Shown piece by piece: positions 52,375 through 64,000 of a stretch of 64,000 bases of DNA. Under the pieces are notes generated by a model. The model was not told where the DNA came from. It saw only the letters and a program-made list of their open reading frames with translations, and made no database searches. The position numbers were made by a program, and so were the translations under genes. Origin of the DNA: Mytilus californianus (taxonomy: Eukaryota); the NCBI RefSeq assembly GCF_021869535.1, contig NW_026262723.1, positions 9,114,001 through 9,178,000 of the forward strand, in the 5' to 3' direction. Numbering within the stretch: the first letter of the stretch is position 1; every line of letters begins with the position of its first letter.

Positions 52375-53560
52375 ACGTTACCATGAGATAACGTGAAATT
52401 AGACGTACATGTAGAATTCTAATTACTACTCCAGAAAACACTTCAATTAGGAAGAAAACAGTGCTATTCCTTTCGAGGGAAATAAATTGCAGTAAATGAA
52501 AATTCAAGAGTCAATGCTCACCCACCCTCAACCCCCCCCCCCCCCCCCCCAAAAAAAAAAAACGCAAAACAAAAAAAAAGATCGATAATAATTCTAATTC
52601 ACTGTATAAGTTTCCATTTTTCAAATTGTGATACGCGGTACATGTACAATCCACTTCTTTATTTATTTATGTGTAAATATTATACATTTAAAGAAATTTC
52701 CCCTTTGAATATCATAAATAAATGTTCTGTCGGTTGAGATGATATGAGTTAGAATTAGTTTCATGTAGTTATACATAAAAAAAAGTTAAAAAGAATATAA
52801 CAATATTTTATTATAATAAGATGTACAGGTAACAAGTTTAATCTTTTATCTCCAAACAAAATTTTTACTATTTAGCTTTTTTTATTGTTAAACCATAAAC
52901 AAAATCCCATAATAGTAAAGCGATGTACGTTCCGCACGTTGAGTTGAGTTTATAATTAGATCTTATAGCTGGCATTTATGATTGACAGGTATTCATCTTA
53001 TATTTCCCGATACGTTGTATGCTTATAAAATCTTCCTTGTTCGCAAATAAACAAAATCTACTAAAATGAGGAAGATAGTAAAAACATGCTTTCCACTAAC
53101 GAAAATCTATAGTATCCTTATCGCATCCTTCAATGATTTACTTTAAGTTAGTTCGCAAACATAATCTTCTATTGTTTTCACCCCCCTCCTCCCAAAAAAA
53201 CTCAACAACAACAAAAATCGAAACAAAAGCATCCTCAAGTAAAAAAACATGCTCATAGAAAAAGACACTCGATCCAATCCAAAACCAAAATCCACGGGTA
53301 TAGAGAAAGTCTAGACAAAAACTAAATATTTTTGCAACGTATACATACATATCGTGTAGTCCAATCAAAAATAGAAGTTATGTCAAGTGCTTTTGATGGC
53401 TTATCTCTGTTAGGTGCATTTGGTGTCCTTTTAAAAAAATATAAAGGCAAGTTCAATTTTGGTACGTTTCGTCAAATAAAAATCCATATAGAGTAATAAT
53501 ATTCTCAATGAAAACGAGTATTTTATTCTTATAACAGTAAAATACAATAGTGAAATATGG

Positions 53561-56500
53561 TTATAGTAAACCACATTTCCCTTGACCGTCCTGTCTTATT
53601 TTCTTGTGATGTAGAACTATTCTAACAGCATCTTCAAAAACTTCCTTTAGACCCTCTTGTGTCATTGCAGAGCATTCTACGTATTTTTCGGCTCTTATTT
53701 TCTCAGCTAGTGCCTGTCCCTGTTCGTGTGTTATAAACGTTTGTTCCTGTGTCTGTGGCTTGTTTTTCATTCTTTCATATGTATTTCTTAAGTCAATCTT
53801 TGTTCCAACAAGTAACAGTGGTGCGTCATGACAGTGATGGCGGACTTCGGGAAACCACTGAAATGTAAAAAGAAAAGCTCTTTTTTTTTCAGACAGTGAT
53901 TTGCATTTCATGGATATGAATATACTTGATTACGAAATTATGCTCTTTGATATCGGATAAATTTGATAATGTGTTAATGGGTTTTAATGAAAAGATTGAT
54001 ATAACTTATAGGTTAACAATACAAAAAGTCGCATTTATCAAAAACCGTGCATTTCTTGCGCTGTTCGCACAAAAAAACAAAATAAAAATTAAATCTTTTA
54101 TATCCTGTTCCTATGATTTTTGTTTGTTCATGTGTGCGTAGTGATTTTATGTGAAGATGCTTGTTATTATGTCATGTGTTCCGCTCAGTGGTTTAATGTC
54201 ATGAATTTATACACAATATCCTCCCTTATGCATTACATATACTTTTGGGGTATTAGATTTCTTTTTCTTTTTGTAATGAAATGTAGCCTACTTATTTACA
54301 TTGGGCTTTAATAGATTTCACACGTCATGGCGCTGCTGTATGAAATATACTTGGAAGTACAGCAGCTGATATGACAGTACAAAGAACTTATACCTAAGAT
54401 TCCTTACTATGATCAACATGACAAGTGCCACTAATGGAGCAGGATATACTTACCCTTCCGGAGCACATGAAACCATCCCTAGTTTTTAAAGGGGTTCGTG
54501 TTGCCCAATCAATAGTTTTTTATGTTAGTATTATTGAAATGTGTGGGCCTGTTTGTCTTTACATCATGTTGCAATTTTTGTCATGGCATTGTCAGATTTA
54601 TTCGACTTATGAGTTTCAAATGTCCCTTGGTATCTTCCGCCTATTGTTTCTGTAACTAGACAGATTCTTTAGCACGGTATTTATTATTGTTTACTTTCAG
54701 CTGTGCATGTTCTTTTGCTTGAACTACCAATATGATAGTGTGAGGCTATTATATTGAACTGATTTTCATTTACGCTGTGAATTCTACTTTGCGCTTTCCG
54801 AAGTTCCACTGGTCACAGTTATTAAGTAATGAGCCGTAAAAAAATCTAACTCTGGCATATGTTGTCTTTAAATACATCTCAGTATTTCTGTCTTGTAATA
54901 ATTGCAGTTTTCTGGCATGTTTTTTGTATTTGTTAAATTTATTTGTCACAACTTTGTCCAGATTCTGGCCGATTTACAGCTCGACATATATTATAATTCC
55001 GGACTCAATTTGTTGCTGACCGTTTGTTGTCCACTACATATGTAAAAACTCTTTGCATACACTGTATGTATATTTATCCAATTCTGAACAGGAGAACTAA
55101 TATCTAGCATCTGAAATCTGGCATCTATATGCTTTATTCTATCTTGTCCATAGCAGATGCAGCCGGTTGTACGAACGTGTCATTAGCCTAATTGGTCATT
55201 AAGTCTTCATTTAGCCTTTATGATGCATTAGGCTAATGACACGTTCGTACAAACGGCTGCTGATTATTATAATCCTTAAACTTACTTTTAGTTCAATATT
55301 TTGGTAACTTACTGGACCTTCAACAGTGAAACACAAAAGGAATATGTCCTGCAAAAAATTTTCAATGAAGTAAATTTCTTTAAAATATTCACTGGACAAA
55401 CATGTTATAGGAACATAACACTGGTCGTAGTTTAAGACAGAAATAGAAATTAAGGACGTTGCATGAAATACCTCTTGCTTTAAATGGGATACTCTATGTG
55501 CATTTAACCCCAAGTATTGACTTTCATATAGATATTGTCAGTTTGACTTTTATTCACAAATTGAACCCTTAATAAAGATGGGATTCCTTTTTTGGTTAGA
55601 TGCTTAAAACCTCCGTTCACACTTGTGAGCTTCAAGTTAAAGTTCGTGTATAGGGAATGTGACACTTTTTCAGCAAGTTTAAGAACCCGTGCAACACCTC
55701 TTTCAGGGGTCTGATGAACATTCACCCTCCATCTTCCGTCCTTCACGCCGGGCAATCTACTTTTCTGAACCTTATTTATTGTTAATTTGATTTTGTCTTA
55801 ATTTCATGAAATATTTGCCACTGGACGATAAGCATTCGTTTGAAGACGAGCCTTTTTTATCGCCTGAATTTACAAAATTAACACTATTTATTTTTATTTT
55901 TCTACATTATTGCATCAATTTTATAGTAATTATGATCGATAATTAAAAACACTTAATTTAATAGGTCATCCTTAAGCTTGTTAAGCATGTATCTACATAT
56001 GAACACGTGTCGAAATATGCTGTCTAACGATATGAAAGCCACTATAGATATCTTATTACATGTGTCTAATCAAATAAGAAAACTCAGATTACATATGATG
56101 CGGACATATTGTAAATTGAGAATATTACACCAGATTTTTTTATTGACTAAATCTACTGGACGAATATTGGTACAATGAAGCTGTTTTTTTTAGTAAAGTC
56201 AACATGTTTTCATTACAATAATAGATTAAGAAATCAATGGACAACTTATTTACCAACAAAATGATACGACTGATATATTGATTGTTGTGTGCTTAATGTC
56301 CAGTGTCAAATACTTTACATTTAACACGAAAACAAATGTAGTATTACAATAACCCCAAAGTGTGGATCGACGGGAATACAGGGATAGAATTTTGACAGCC
56401 ACTGAAAAAGAGGTAATATATGATAGGGCAGTCGTTTAGACTTAGTATACAGTAACAGGCACTCCCTCTTCACTGTGCTTCAGATAAAACGTTCTGTTTG

Positions 56501-59500
56501 CAAACAAATGTGGCTGTGTATTTACACATCCCACGCAGTCAAACGGGTGCACTCTTTAGCTTTGATTTTAATGTCGGTGACCATATTTCGTAACTTCAGT
56601 CAATATTTTGGGTTTGAATGGCAGGAAGAAACGGGAAAGTTCAAATTGGTTCTTGCATATTTGGCAAATCTAAAACAAAGTTACAACTGGATAGAATATC
56701 GTATCAACATATCCAAACACGTTACACCGCAAACTCTATATAAATACAAGCATGGACGTTGTCTAAAATTCACCCACTTTATAAAGTAACAGTGCATAGC
56801 TGTCTCGGTTCGCTTCGAATGCTGGGTTGGTGGGATCGATGATCAAAGACTTCAAAATGGTGATAACTGCTTCTAAGCAAAGCACTAGGGGGTTAAAATT
56901 ACATCGGAGTCAGAATAATGTGTCTGAGTAGGATGGTTAATTTAATTAATTTAGTTGTCATCCTGAATGTGCATGTAACATTAGCCACTGGACGTTTAGC
57001 AGTCAATGAATCGATACTACTTTGCAAAATAATGCATTTAGCATATCACAATTAGTTAGTTTTAAAAAAAAAGTCCAACTCGTAACATTCATAATTTAAC
57101 ACTTAATTTAAACTATTCACACACAACTCATAAACAGTTCGTTGTAGTAAACATAAATTTCGGCTTAAAGAAATTACAAATAGAAACATTTTATTAGTTT
57201 GAAAGCAATATTACATGAAATAATGTGAAGTAATTGTTTTTGAAGTACGTTAACTCGACATTTATATTTGATTTGAAGTAAAAGGCTTAGAAAAAAACCG
57301 AAACCCTGTCTTAATCGATAAATCGTATGCAACGTTTGCATGTGTGCAAGTGTAAAAACTTGAAAACTTACTGTGAGTGGATACGACAATGGTCTCAGTC
57401 TGTCATAGTCATCTTGTCCTGCTGTATCCCATAACCCTAGCTCTATACAATTACCATCTACCATTAAATTCGCATTATAATTGTCAAATCTATAAATTAT
57501 AAGCTTTTTATAGAGATAAGTATTTTTGTAACGAATGTTTTCGTTGTTTGCGCAAATGAAATGAATCATTTATAAAAAAATTAAAATAACAGTTTACAAT
57601 TTCATCCAATGTCAACTTTTAGATTTGAAAGACCTATAATTATTAAGTTATATAAGTATACGGGTGTGGTGAAATAATTGCATCTTGTTATATCTATACA
57701 TATTTTAAGGGGGGTTACATTTTTTTCGGGAGTAGGGCGGTAAATTGATTCGCTTATTTATAATATGAAACTGATTATATTCTCATCATTTTGTTTTTTT
57801 TTCTGTACAGAAGTTTTAAAACAGACTTTAAGCATATGACAAAATTTTGTTTTCCCGCATTAATCCTGAATATATGAAATCCATTCGGACGTAAACCATC
57901 CTATTTGTATACCAGCACAATAAGCACTTCCCGATATTATTTAGTATTGTATTAATTGTAACAGGCAATTTTTTCATCTGTAATACATACAATATATACC
58001 AGCTAAATACTTTTCCAGAATTGCATTTTAATGTGCGCAACTTTAGGAAACGTAGAGGCTTTCAACTGATCGATATAAACATGGGGAGGATAGTAGTCAG
58101 ATAAGAACCATCAAATATGTCTCTCCAAATAAACTTTATATACTTTGCAATAGTCCCATGTGAATACTCTTTATGAAGGTTTTTCCATTTAATAAAATTG
58201 ATAATGGAAATGGGGAATATGTCAAAGAGACAACAACCCGACCAAAGAATGCAAAAAGTATAAGATGAAAATATAATCAAGTTTTGTATTACCACTACAT
58301 GTGAGATATCTTACATTGAAGGAACGTGTTCATGTTGGAATTTGTTGCTAGAATAAGACATTAAAATACATGTCTTTCCTACATATCTGAAAATAGTGAA
58401 AAATATCATAATCAAAACGAATTATCTTGCAGTTTAATATTTTTTATATTCTTTAATTCGCGCTTATTGGTTGATAAGAGTTACATGTATTATAGAATAA
58501 AAGTGAAATGCGAATTGCCGTTTTTTTGCAGTTTTGGCGTACGCCTCTACAACAATCAAACACAGTCTATTTTTCACCGTCTACTGTTTACTTCTGATTA
58601 TAATTAACCTAAAGCTGTCACGGAATAGAAGTTACTTCATAATATAAGTTCCAAATGAAAATAATATTCTGTAATATTATTTCCACTGGAATAAATACAA
58701 CAGTAAATGTTCCTAACGGAATAAATGGAAGTAGAATATGTGTTTCAACAGGAACAGATATTATGACATTGTTTATAACAAAGTTTCCAGTAGAACTTCT
58801 GTTAGGCGGAACAAATATACGTTGACAAAGCATGAATGAGCAGTAATATTTAGAAATTTCAATCTCATTTATTATCGAATCATGTTATATTCTGTTGATT
58901 ACCACTATCTATAATAGTTCCCTGTGTCAATAGGACTTGTCAGTACTTTGCAAGTGAATATGTATATTAGTACATGTAAGTACAAAGAATATTAGTAGAT
59001 AGTAAGTACTTGAGGAAGTACTAGTAGCTTGAGGAAGTACTAGTAGCTTGAGGAAGCACTAGTAGCTTGAGGAAGATTGCTAGATGGTTAATATATTGCC
59101 TTATTTACTTTTAGTTGAAACATGTGTGTATTCTAAGTCGGTTTTTTTTGGAAAATATTTTTTTTCATTTAGAAATCTGTTGAATTGATCCATAACTTAT
59201 CAAAAACTCAACGTAGTTTTTGGACACGTCTTGATTATGCATAAAACATTGCCGCGGCGTTATTTATTATATAAAGCAAGCAACACTCAATCAATATATA
59301 TATATAGAATAATAACACTTTTACTTTTGATACTGACTTTATCAGCAAGAAAATCAAACGAGCTCGCTAGGAGCCCGCTAGGGCGAGTTGATATTCGATC
59401 GAGCTGATGAATATGAAAATAGAAGATGTGGTATGATTGACAATGAGATAACTATTCTACAAAGTTCAAATGAAGTGGATGGAAGCCAGTATAAAAAAAA

Positions 59501-59991
59501 ACAAAATGCCATCATTCTTAGTATCGGAAATTTGTTTTTACAATTCGTTTTTTTTGGGGGGTTGAGAATATGAAATAAAATTAATTAGTTAATAAAACTA
59601 CTTTTACGCGTACTCAGTGGTAGTTGTTTGGTTACATATGAATGAAGTCAGGTGCATTTCATTGATAAATTGACACGAATGAACATGAACACGCGACGTT
59701 GCTGCATTGATACGTATATTTTCGAGTATTAAGTCCAGTCCATGATCTAACCAATATAAGGCAGTTGGATCAAAGAAAAAATGTACTAATTGCCAATAAA
59801 CATGTTATACGGATGCCGAAGACCGTAATATCTTGATGTTTTTTCTAGTTGTATCGCAGTTAAATTAACGTTTACCCAACGTCTCATTTCATTGATTTTC
59901 AAACAAATATTGAATGAATTGAATATGAACATGATAAGTAAATACATCTTACTTACCCGTCTCCTACAACGACACATTTTATATGCTGCAT
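53561..59991 (-). CDS. Rac/Cdc42-like Rho GTPase, gene D, 194 aa; exons 59957..59991, 58315..58386, 57372..57489, 55286..55348, 53561..53857
   Basis: [40 protein letters not shown]...[20 protein letters not shown]|[21 protein letters not shown]|WFPEVRHHC...GTKID...ECSAM...GKCGLL. Intact frame; alternative in-frame ATG at 59997. Confidence 0.93.
55159..55260. other. Inverted repeat, 34-bp arms with one mismatch, 34-nt spacer
   Basis: GCAGCCGGTTGTACGAACGTGTCATTAGCCTAAT / ATTAGGCTAATGACACGTTCGTACAAACGGCTGC. Confidence 0.9.
59009..59075. repeat. 19-bp tandem repeat, ~3.5 copies
   Basis: CTTGAGGAAGTACTAGTAG units start at 59009, 59028, 59047 and 59066. Confidence 0.9.
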
Positions 59992-60779
59992 CGTCATGCA
60001 ATATTTATAACCAAATGATTTCTCTTTAATAATAAAGATTATCAAAGTAAACAAAACACCCGGAAATATGTACGTTCATATTGTGTATAGTTCTGTAAGG
60101 ACATAAAAAGCGTGGTATGATCGAATAATAATTATTTAGCGTAAGCTTGTAGGAAATGATTATACATTGTACAACGACTAATTTTACAAAGTTTACGTTT
60201 GTATTCAGCATGTATTTGCCAACTTGAATTTTAAAGGATAATATAGTATGACTTGGTGTCCCTCGTCCGACCGTCTGTTAACTTTTTGAAGCTGCATCAT
60301 GTTTCCTGAAATAATTTGCCCAAAATTGGCCATGGTTTTGAAGAAATAATATTTCTAAGTTATGTATAAAATTTCATCTTTTTGGGGGCAAAAATTAATC
60401 CCACTAGAAGCAGTGCTTGTTTCTAATAATTTTTTGAATTTCCAGGCTATGATATTGTAACCAATAAAACATATCGCATAAAACTGAAACGACATAGAAA
60501 GCATGATAATATTTTATGATCAACAAAAATACATAATGTTAGCGTACAAATAATAATAATAAACTAAACTTGTAGGAAATGATTATACATTGTGTATAAT
60601 GAATCATAAGTAAGTTTACAACGTTTCTAAGAATGTGTATCATTTGTTGTGCGTTATTGTTTATCGTTATAAGATCGCGTCTATTTCCTGTGAGAAATAT
60701 ATGTAGGTTGGTGTGGTTTGTTTAATGATACAATATTTTCGGTAAATCCTGTTATCCTTTGTTTATTCTAAGCAATAGA

Positions 60780-61420
60780 TTGACAGAACAAGTTAAACTT
60801 TGTTTCCTGAGAAAAAAAAAATGGCCAACGCATATACAAATATCTCGGTTTAGGAAAGTACAATTCTGACTTTGTAAAAAAAAACTCTGATTCGAACAAA
60901 AAATCAATGAAACTAATATTATCAAAATGCTGGATTTTTTTATCGACAACACGTTTAGGGAATTTGTTATTCAACATATCATCAGTATTCCTATAAGAAA
61001 CCAACTGTGTGCCTCTACTTACCGACTTATTCCTTTATTCTTATAAGGCAGTCTCCATACAAAAGATGAGCAATACAGATGAAAAAAAGCTGGCATTATT
61101 CTTTAACTTCATTTTCCGCTATATGGATGATGTTCTAACACTGGCTTGTTCTAGATGCTAGAAACTGTGCATCTAAACAGTGGCGGATCCAGAAGGGGGA
61201 GGGGGGGGGGTGGGGGGTCCGGAGGTTGGAAGTTGGAACCCCCTTTTTTGGTCGATCGATGCATTTGAATGGGGACAAATGGTTGGAACCCCTCCTTTAT
61301 CCTGGGTTGGGAACCCCCAACCCCCCCTCCCTTTTGAAAATGGCTGGATCCGCCCCTACTAACCCAAATGAACATGAAATAAAGGATCATACCAATAGAG
61401 TAAAGTCTGCTTCATATCTA
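60780..61420 (+). mobile_element. Penelope-like RT relic interrupted by a GC-rich MITE
   Basis: LDFFIDN, TNCVPLLTDLFLYSY, FNFIFRYMDDVL remnants; resumes after 61358 with EIKDHTNRVKSASYL. Confidence 0.65.
61178..61358. mobile_element. GC-rich MITE-like element
   Basis: Terminal inverted repeats CAGTGGCGGATCCAG / CTGGATCCGCCCCTA with G/C runs. Confidence 0.7.
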
Positions 61421-61499
61421 TACTTATATATTAATGTCATGGATGAATACCCCATATCCTTTGATTTTCAAATATAATAAGAAATTGGCAATGAGCGTC

Positions 61500-61890
61500 G
61501 GTTGAGAACTAAAAGAGAGGCGAAGGATACCAAAGGGACAGTTAAAACTCATAAGTCGAAAATAAACTGACAACGCCACGGCTAAAAAATAAAAAGACAC
61601 AAAACACAACATAGAAAACCAAAAACTGAGCAACACATACACCCTAAAAACTTAGGGTGATCTCAGGTCTCCGGAAAGGTAAGCAGATCCTGCTCCACAT
61701 GTGGCACCCGTCGTGTTGCTCATGTAAGTACAAACCCGGTGATAAGTCTAATTCTTTTGTCACATTCGGGAAAAAGAGGACGGGTTGTAGTTACGACAAT
61801 TGGAACATATCAGCTTTACGACAAAAGGTATTATTTCAATTTTTCCATTGCGATCTTTCCATTTCTGTGTAACAACATTCCAACAGCGCC
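61500..61890 (-). repeat. Naiad 3' end plus tail family I
   Basis: Reverse complement of 7480..8050-type sequence; well-preserved structured tail at 61628..61722. Confidence 0.8.
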
Positions 61891-61911
61891 AGTGTATCGA
61901 GTATGACGTAT

Positions 61912-61980
61912 ATATAAGATGGTAATATACGAAGCTGATGTTATTTTATAACGTCGTCTTCGTATATTACCATCTTATAT
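61912..61980. other. 69-nt hairpin with perfect 23-bp arms
   Basis: ATATAAGATGGTAATATACGAAG / CTTCGTATATTACCATCTTATAT with an inner TGATGTTA/TAACGTCG stem. Confidence 0.9.
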
Positions 61981-62919
61981 TAGTACCGTTGCTTTTTTTA
62001 AATTGGTTAGATATTTTCTGATTCAAGAATTGTCTAGTAATTTCAGGTAAATAAAAATTTGAGCCCTGTGGTCTTTCTTCTACCCCAAAACCACTTAGAA
62101 GGGGTGGGGGTTCTGACAAGTTGAGTTCAGTATGTTTATATCCAACTTCAAGGCGGCCATATTATCTATTTCCACTCAGACAAGGACCAGAATATTTATT
62201 TTCTGCTCCCCCGAATCAAATGATTCTAAAGGGGACTTTAAGTAGTTAAACTTTCATGATACAGATCGTGAAATTAAAAATATATATGTGCAGTCTATAT
62301 GATACATGAAAATATAATTTCATTAAAACTTCTGTAAAGGAAATATTTCAGAATATTCATTTTCATGTGTGATAAGGCAATATTATGTTTTCCAACTCAA
62401 TGGGTGCTAGAGTATTTATTTCCAAAATCCTCCCCCTTCAGAATCAAAACAAAAGAGAATGGTCGGTGGGTTTATTCCCGATTGTCCCACTTTTTAAAAT
62501 TTAAGAGTTCTGATTGTCCCACATGAAAAGTTCTGATTGTCCCACATTATTTTTAATGTTCTTAAATAAACAATGTAATTGTTGTTTGTTTTGCAATATC
62601 AAATTAAAATTGATTATTGCATGAGCAAACTAGTAGTTGATATCAATTTTATAAATGTAACTATGAATTGTTAAATAAATCATCAGTTAAAATGCACTTT
62701 TGATTAAGCAATATAACATATATGTAATAAACGATATCTATTATGTTAGGTTAAGCGACTGATTTAAAAAAACAAAACATTTACAATCTCAATATTACAT
62801 AAGCAATTTTTATATGTAATAAAATAGATTGCAAGGTCTCAACATATATTCTCACTAAGGGAAAAGAGATAGATGTGGACCAGAAATGTCATCAATGTCC
62901 TCTGAACTCATACACTGTT

Positions 62920-63215
62920 TTAAAAACGTCCAGTGGCAAGTTAAATGCTTTAAGCAGGACGAGAACATGTTGGTGTTAGATGAATATGAAACCTTCTTTG
63001 AAAAGAACTAGACCGACACAGTCATCAAGCCGGAATTTTAACTTGCTAGTTCACAGGATAACAGTCCGCAGGAAGACACATGTGTCACCATACATAGACA
63101 AATTATTCTAAGTAAGGACTGACCAGTCTTTCCTCTTAGTCCAAAATGTAGCGTCCTTTAAGGAGAAGCAACAAATTCCAAATTTCTGTTCATTGGTTGG
63201 ACCTGGCTGGGGTCA
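62920..63215 (-). mobile_element. SINE-like relic, second family (tentatively Meta/MESC-type core)
   Basis: Reverse complement GGAATTTGTTGCTTCTCC...AAAGACTGG...AATAATTTGTC...GCGGACTGTT; related relic at 56800..57010 (+). Assignment from memory of the consensus. Confidence 0.45.
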
Positions 63216-63339
63216 GTTTATTCTTATTGTGTAAAGTTAGACCAGATATCTATACAATGAACATATCTGCATATTATTTCGTTTTAAGTTTATGATTTTC
63301 TAATTCAAGGATTTTCTTATTAATATTCAAATAAAACTT

Positions 63340-64000
63340 TCCCCATTTTTATGCCATCACTTGGCGTCCGTCGTCGTCCGTCGTCTGTCGTCGTCGTCTG
63401 TCGTCGTAAACTATTTCAAAAATCTTCTCCTCTGAAACGACTGGGCCAAATACCTTCACACTTTAACTAAATGTTCCTTAGGGTATCTAGTTTATGTTTT
63501 GTATCCGAAGTTTTGATCCATCGACAAACATGGCCGCCATGGCTAAAAATAGAACATATGGGTCAAATGCAATTTTTGGCTTATATCTCAAAAACTAAAG
63601 CTTTTAGAGCAAATCTGACATGGGGTAAAATTGTTCAATTGGTCAAGATCTATCGGCCCTGAAATTATCAGACGAATCGAACAACCCATTGTTGGGTTGC
63701 TGCCACCGAATTGGTAGTTTTAACAAAATTTTGCAGTTTTTTGTTATTTTTTTGAATATTATTATAGATATATATAAACTGTAAGCAGCAATAATGTTCA
63801 GCAAAGTAAGATCTATAAAAAAATTAATATGACCATAATTGTCAATTGACCCCTTAAGGAGTTATTGCCCTTTAAAGACAATTTTACACAATTTGTTCAT
63901 CAAATTTGCTAACATTTAAAATTCTTCTCCTCTGAAACTACTGGGCCCATTACCTTCAAACTTTAACTAAATGTTCCTTAGGGTATCTTGTTTAAAAATT
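63340..64000. mobile_element. Helentron-associated (HINE/pearl-like) non-autonomous element, truncated by window end
   Basis: CATCACTTGGCGTCC followed by a (GTC)n microsatellite and internal repeats (TCTTCTCCTCTGAAAC...TTAGGGTATC at ~63424 and ~63923), the layout of bivalve HINE elements. Confidence 0.6.

Noticed and set aside
56800-56850. Possible tRNA gene (GGTTCG/TTCGAAT B-box-like)
   Set aside because: No cloverleaf; it is the decayed head of a SINE-like relic.
58618-58833. 71-aa minus-strand ORF in intron 1 of gene D
   Set aside because: No recognisable family and flanked by stops; insufficient evidence.
61151-61477. Gly/Pro-rich ORFs
   Set aside because: They arise from G/C runs of the MITE.
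60000-64000. A sixth Rac-like paralog
   Set aside because: No Rho-type exon found on either strand in this interval.

Overview
AT-rich, repeat-dense animal genomic DNA. The repeat families look like those of a bivalve, probably Mytilus; this is recognition, not a database match. The window holds a tandem array of five Rac/Cdc42-type Rho GTPase genes on the minus strand, all with the canonical 35/72/118/63-nt exon layout: gene 0 (partial), A, B, C and D. Gene C is strongly divergent and has an in-frame stop. A single Toll-like receptor gene lies on the plus strand between C and D. Introns and intergenic DNA contain Naiad-type Penelope-like retroelements (N-terminal GIY-YIG, then RT) and many orphan copies of their 3' tails, hammerhead-bearing retrozyme-like repeats, SINE relics, MITEs, a solo LTR and several minisatellites. 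Two observations stand out. (1) Several unrelated retroelement tail families fold into a circularly permuted (type-P5) twister-ribozyme-like structure, with covariation and palindromes in place of P1. (2) The Rac-like paralogs vary at activity-setting residues (12, 13, 29, 61) and at residues modified by bacterial effectors (Tyr32, Thr35, Gln61). All gene models and RNA folds were derived by eye, and repeat boundaries are approximate.
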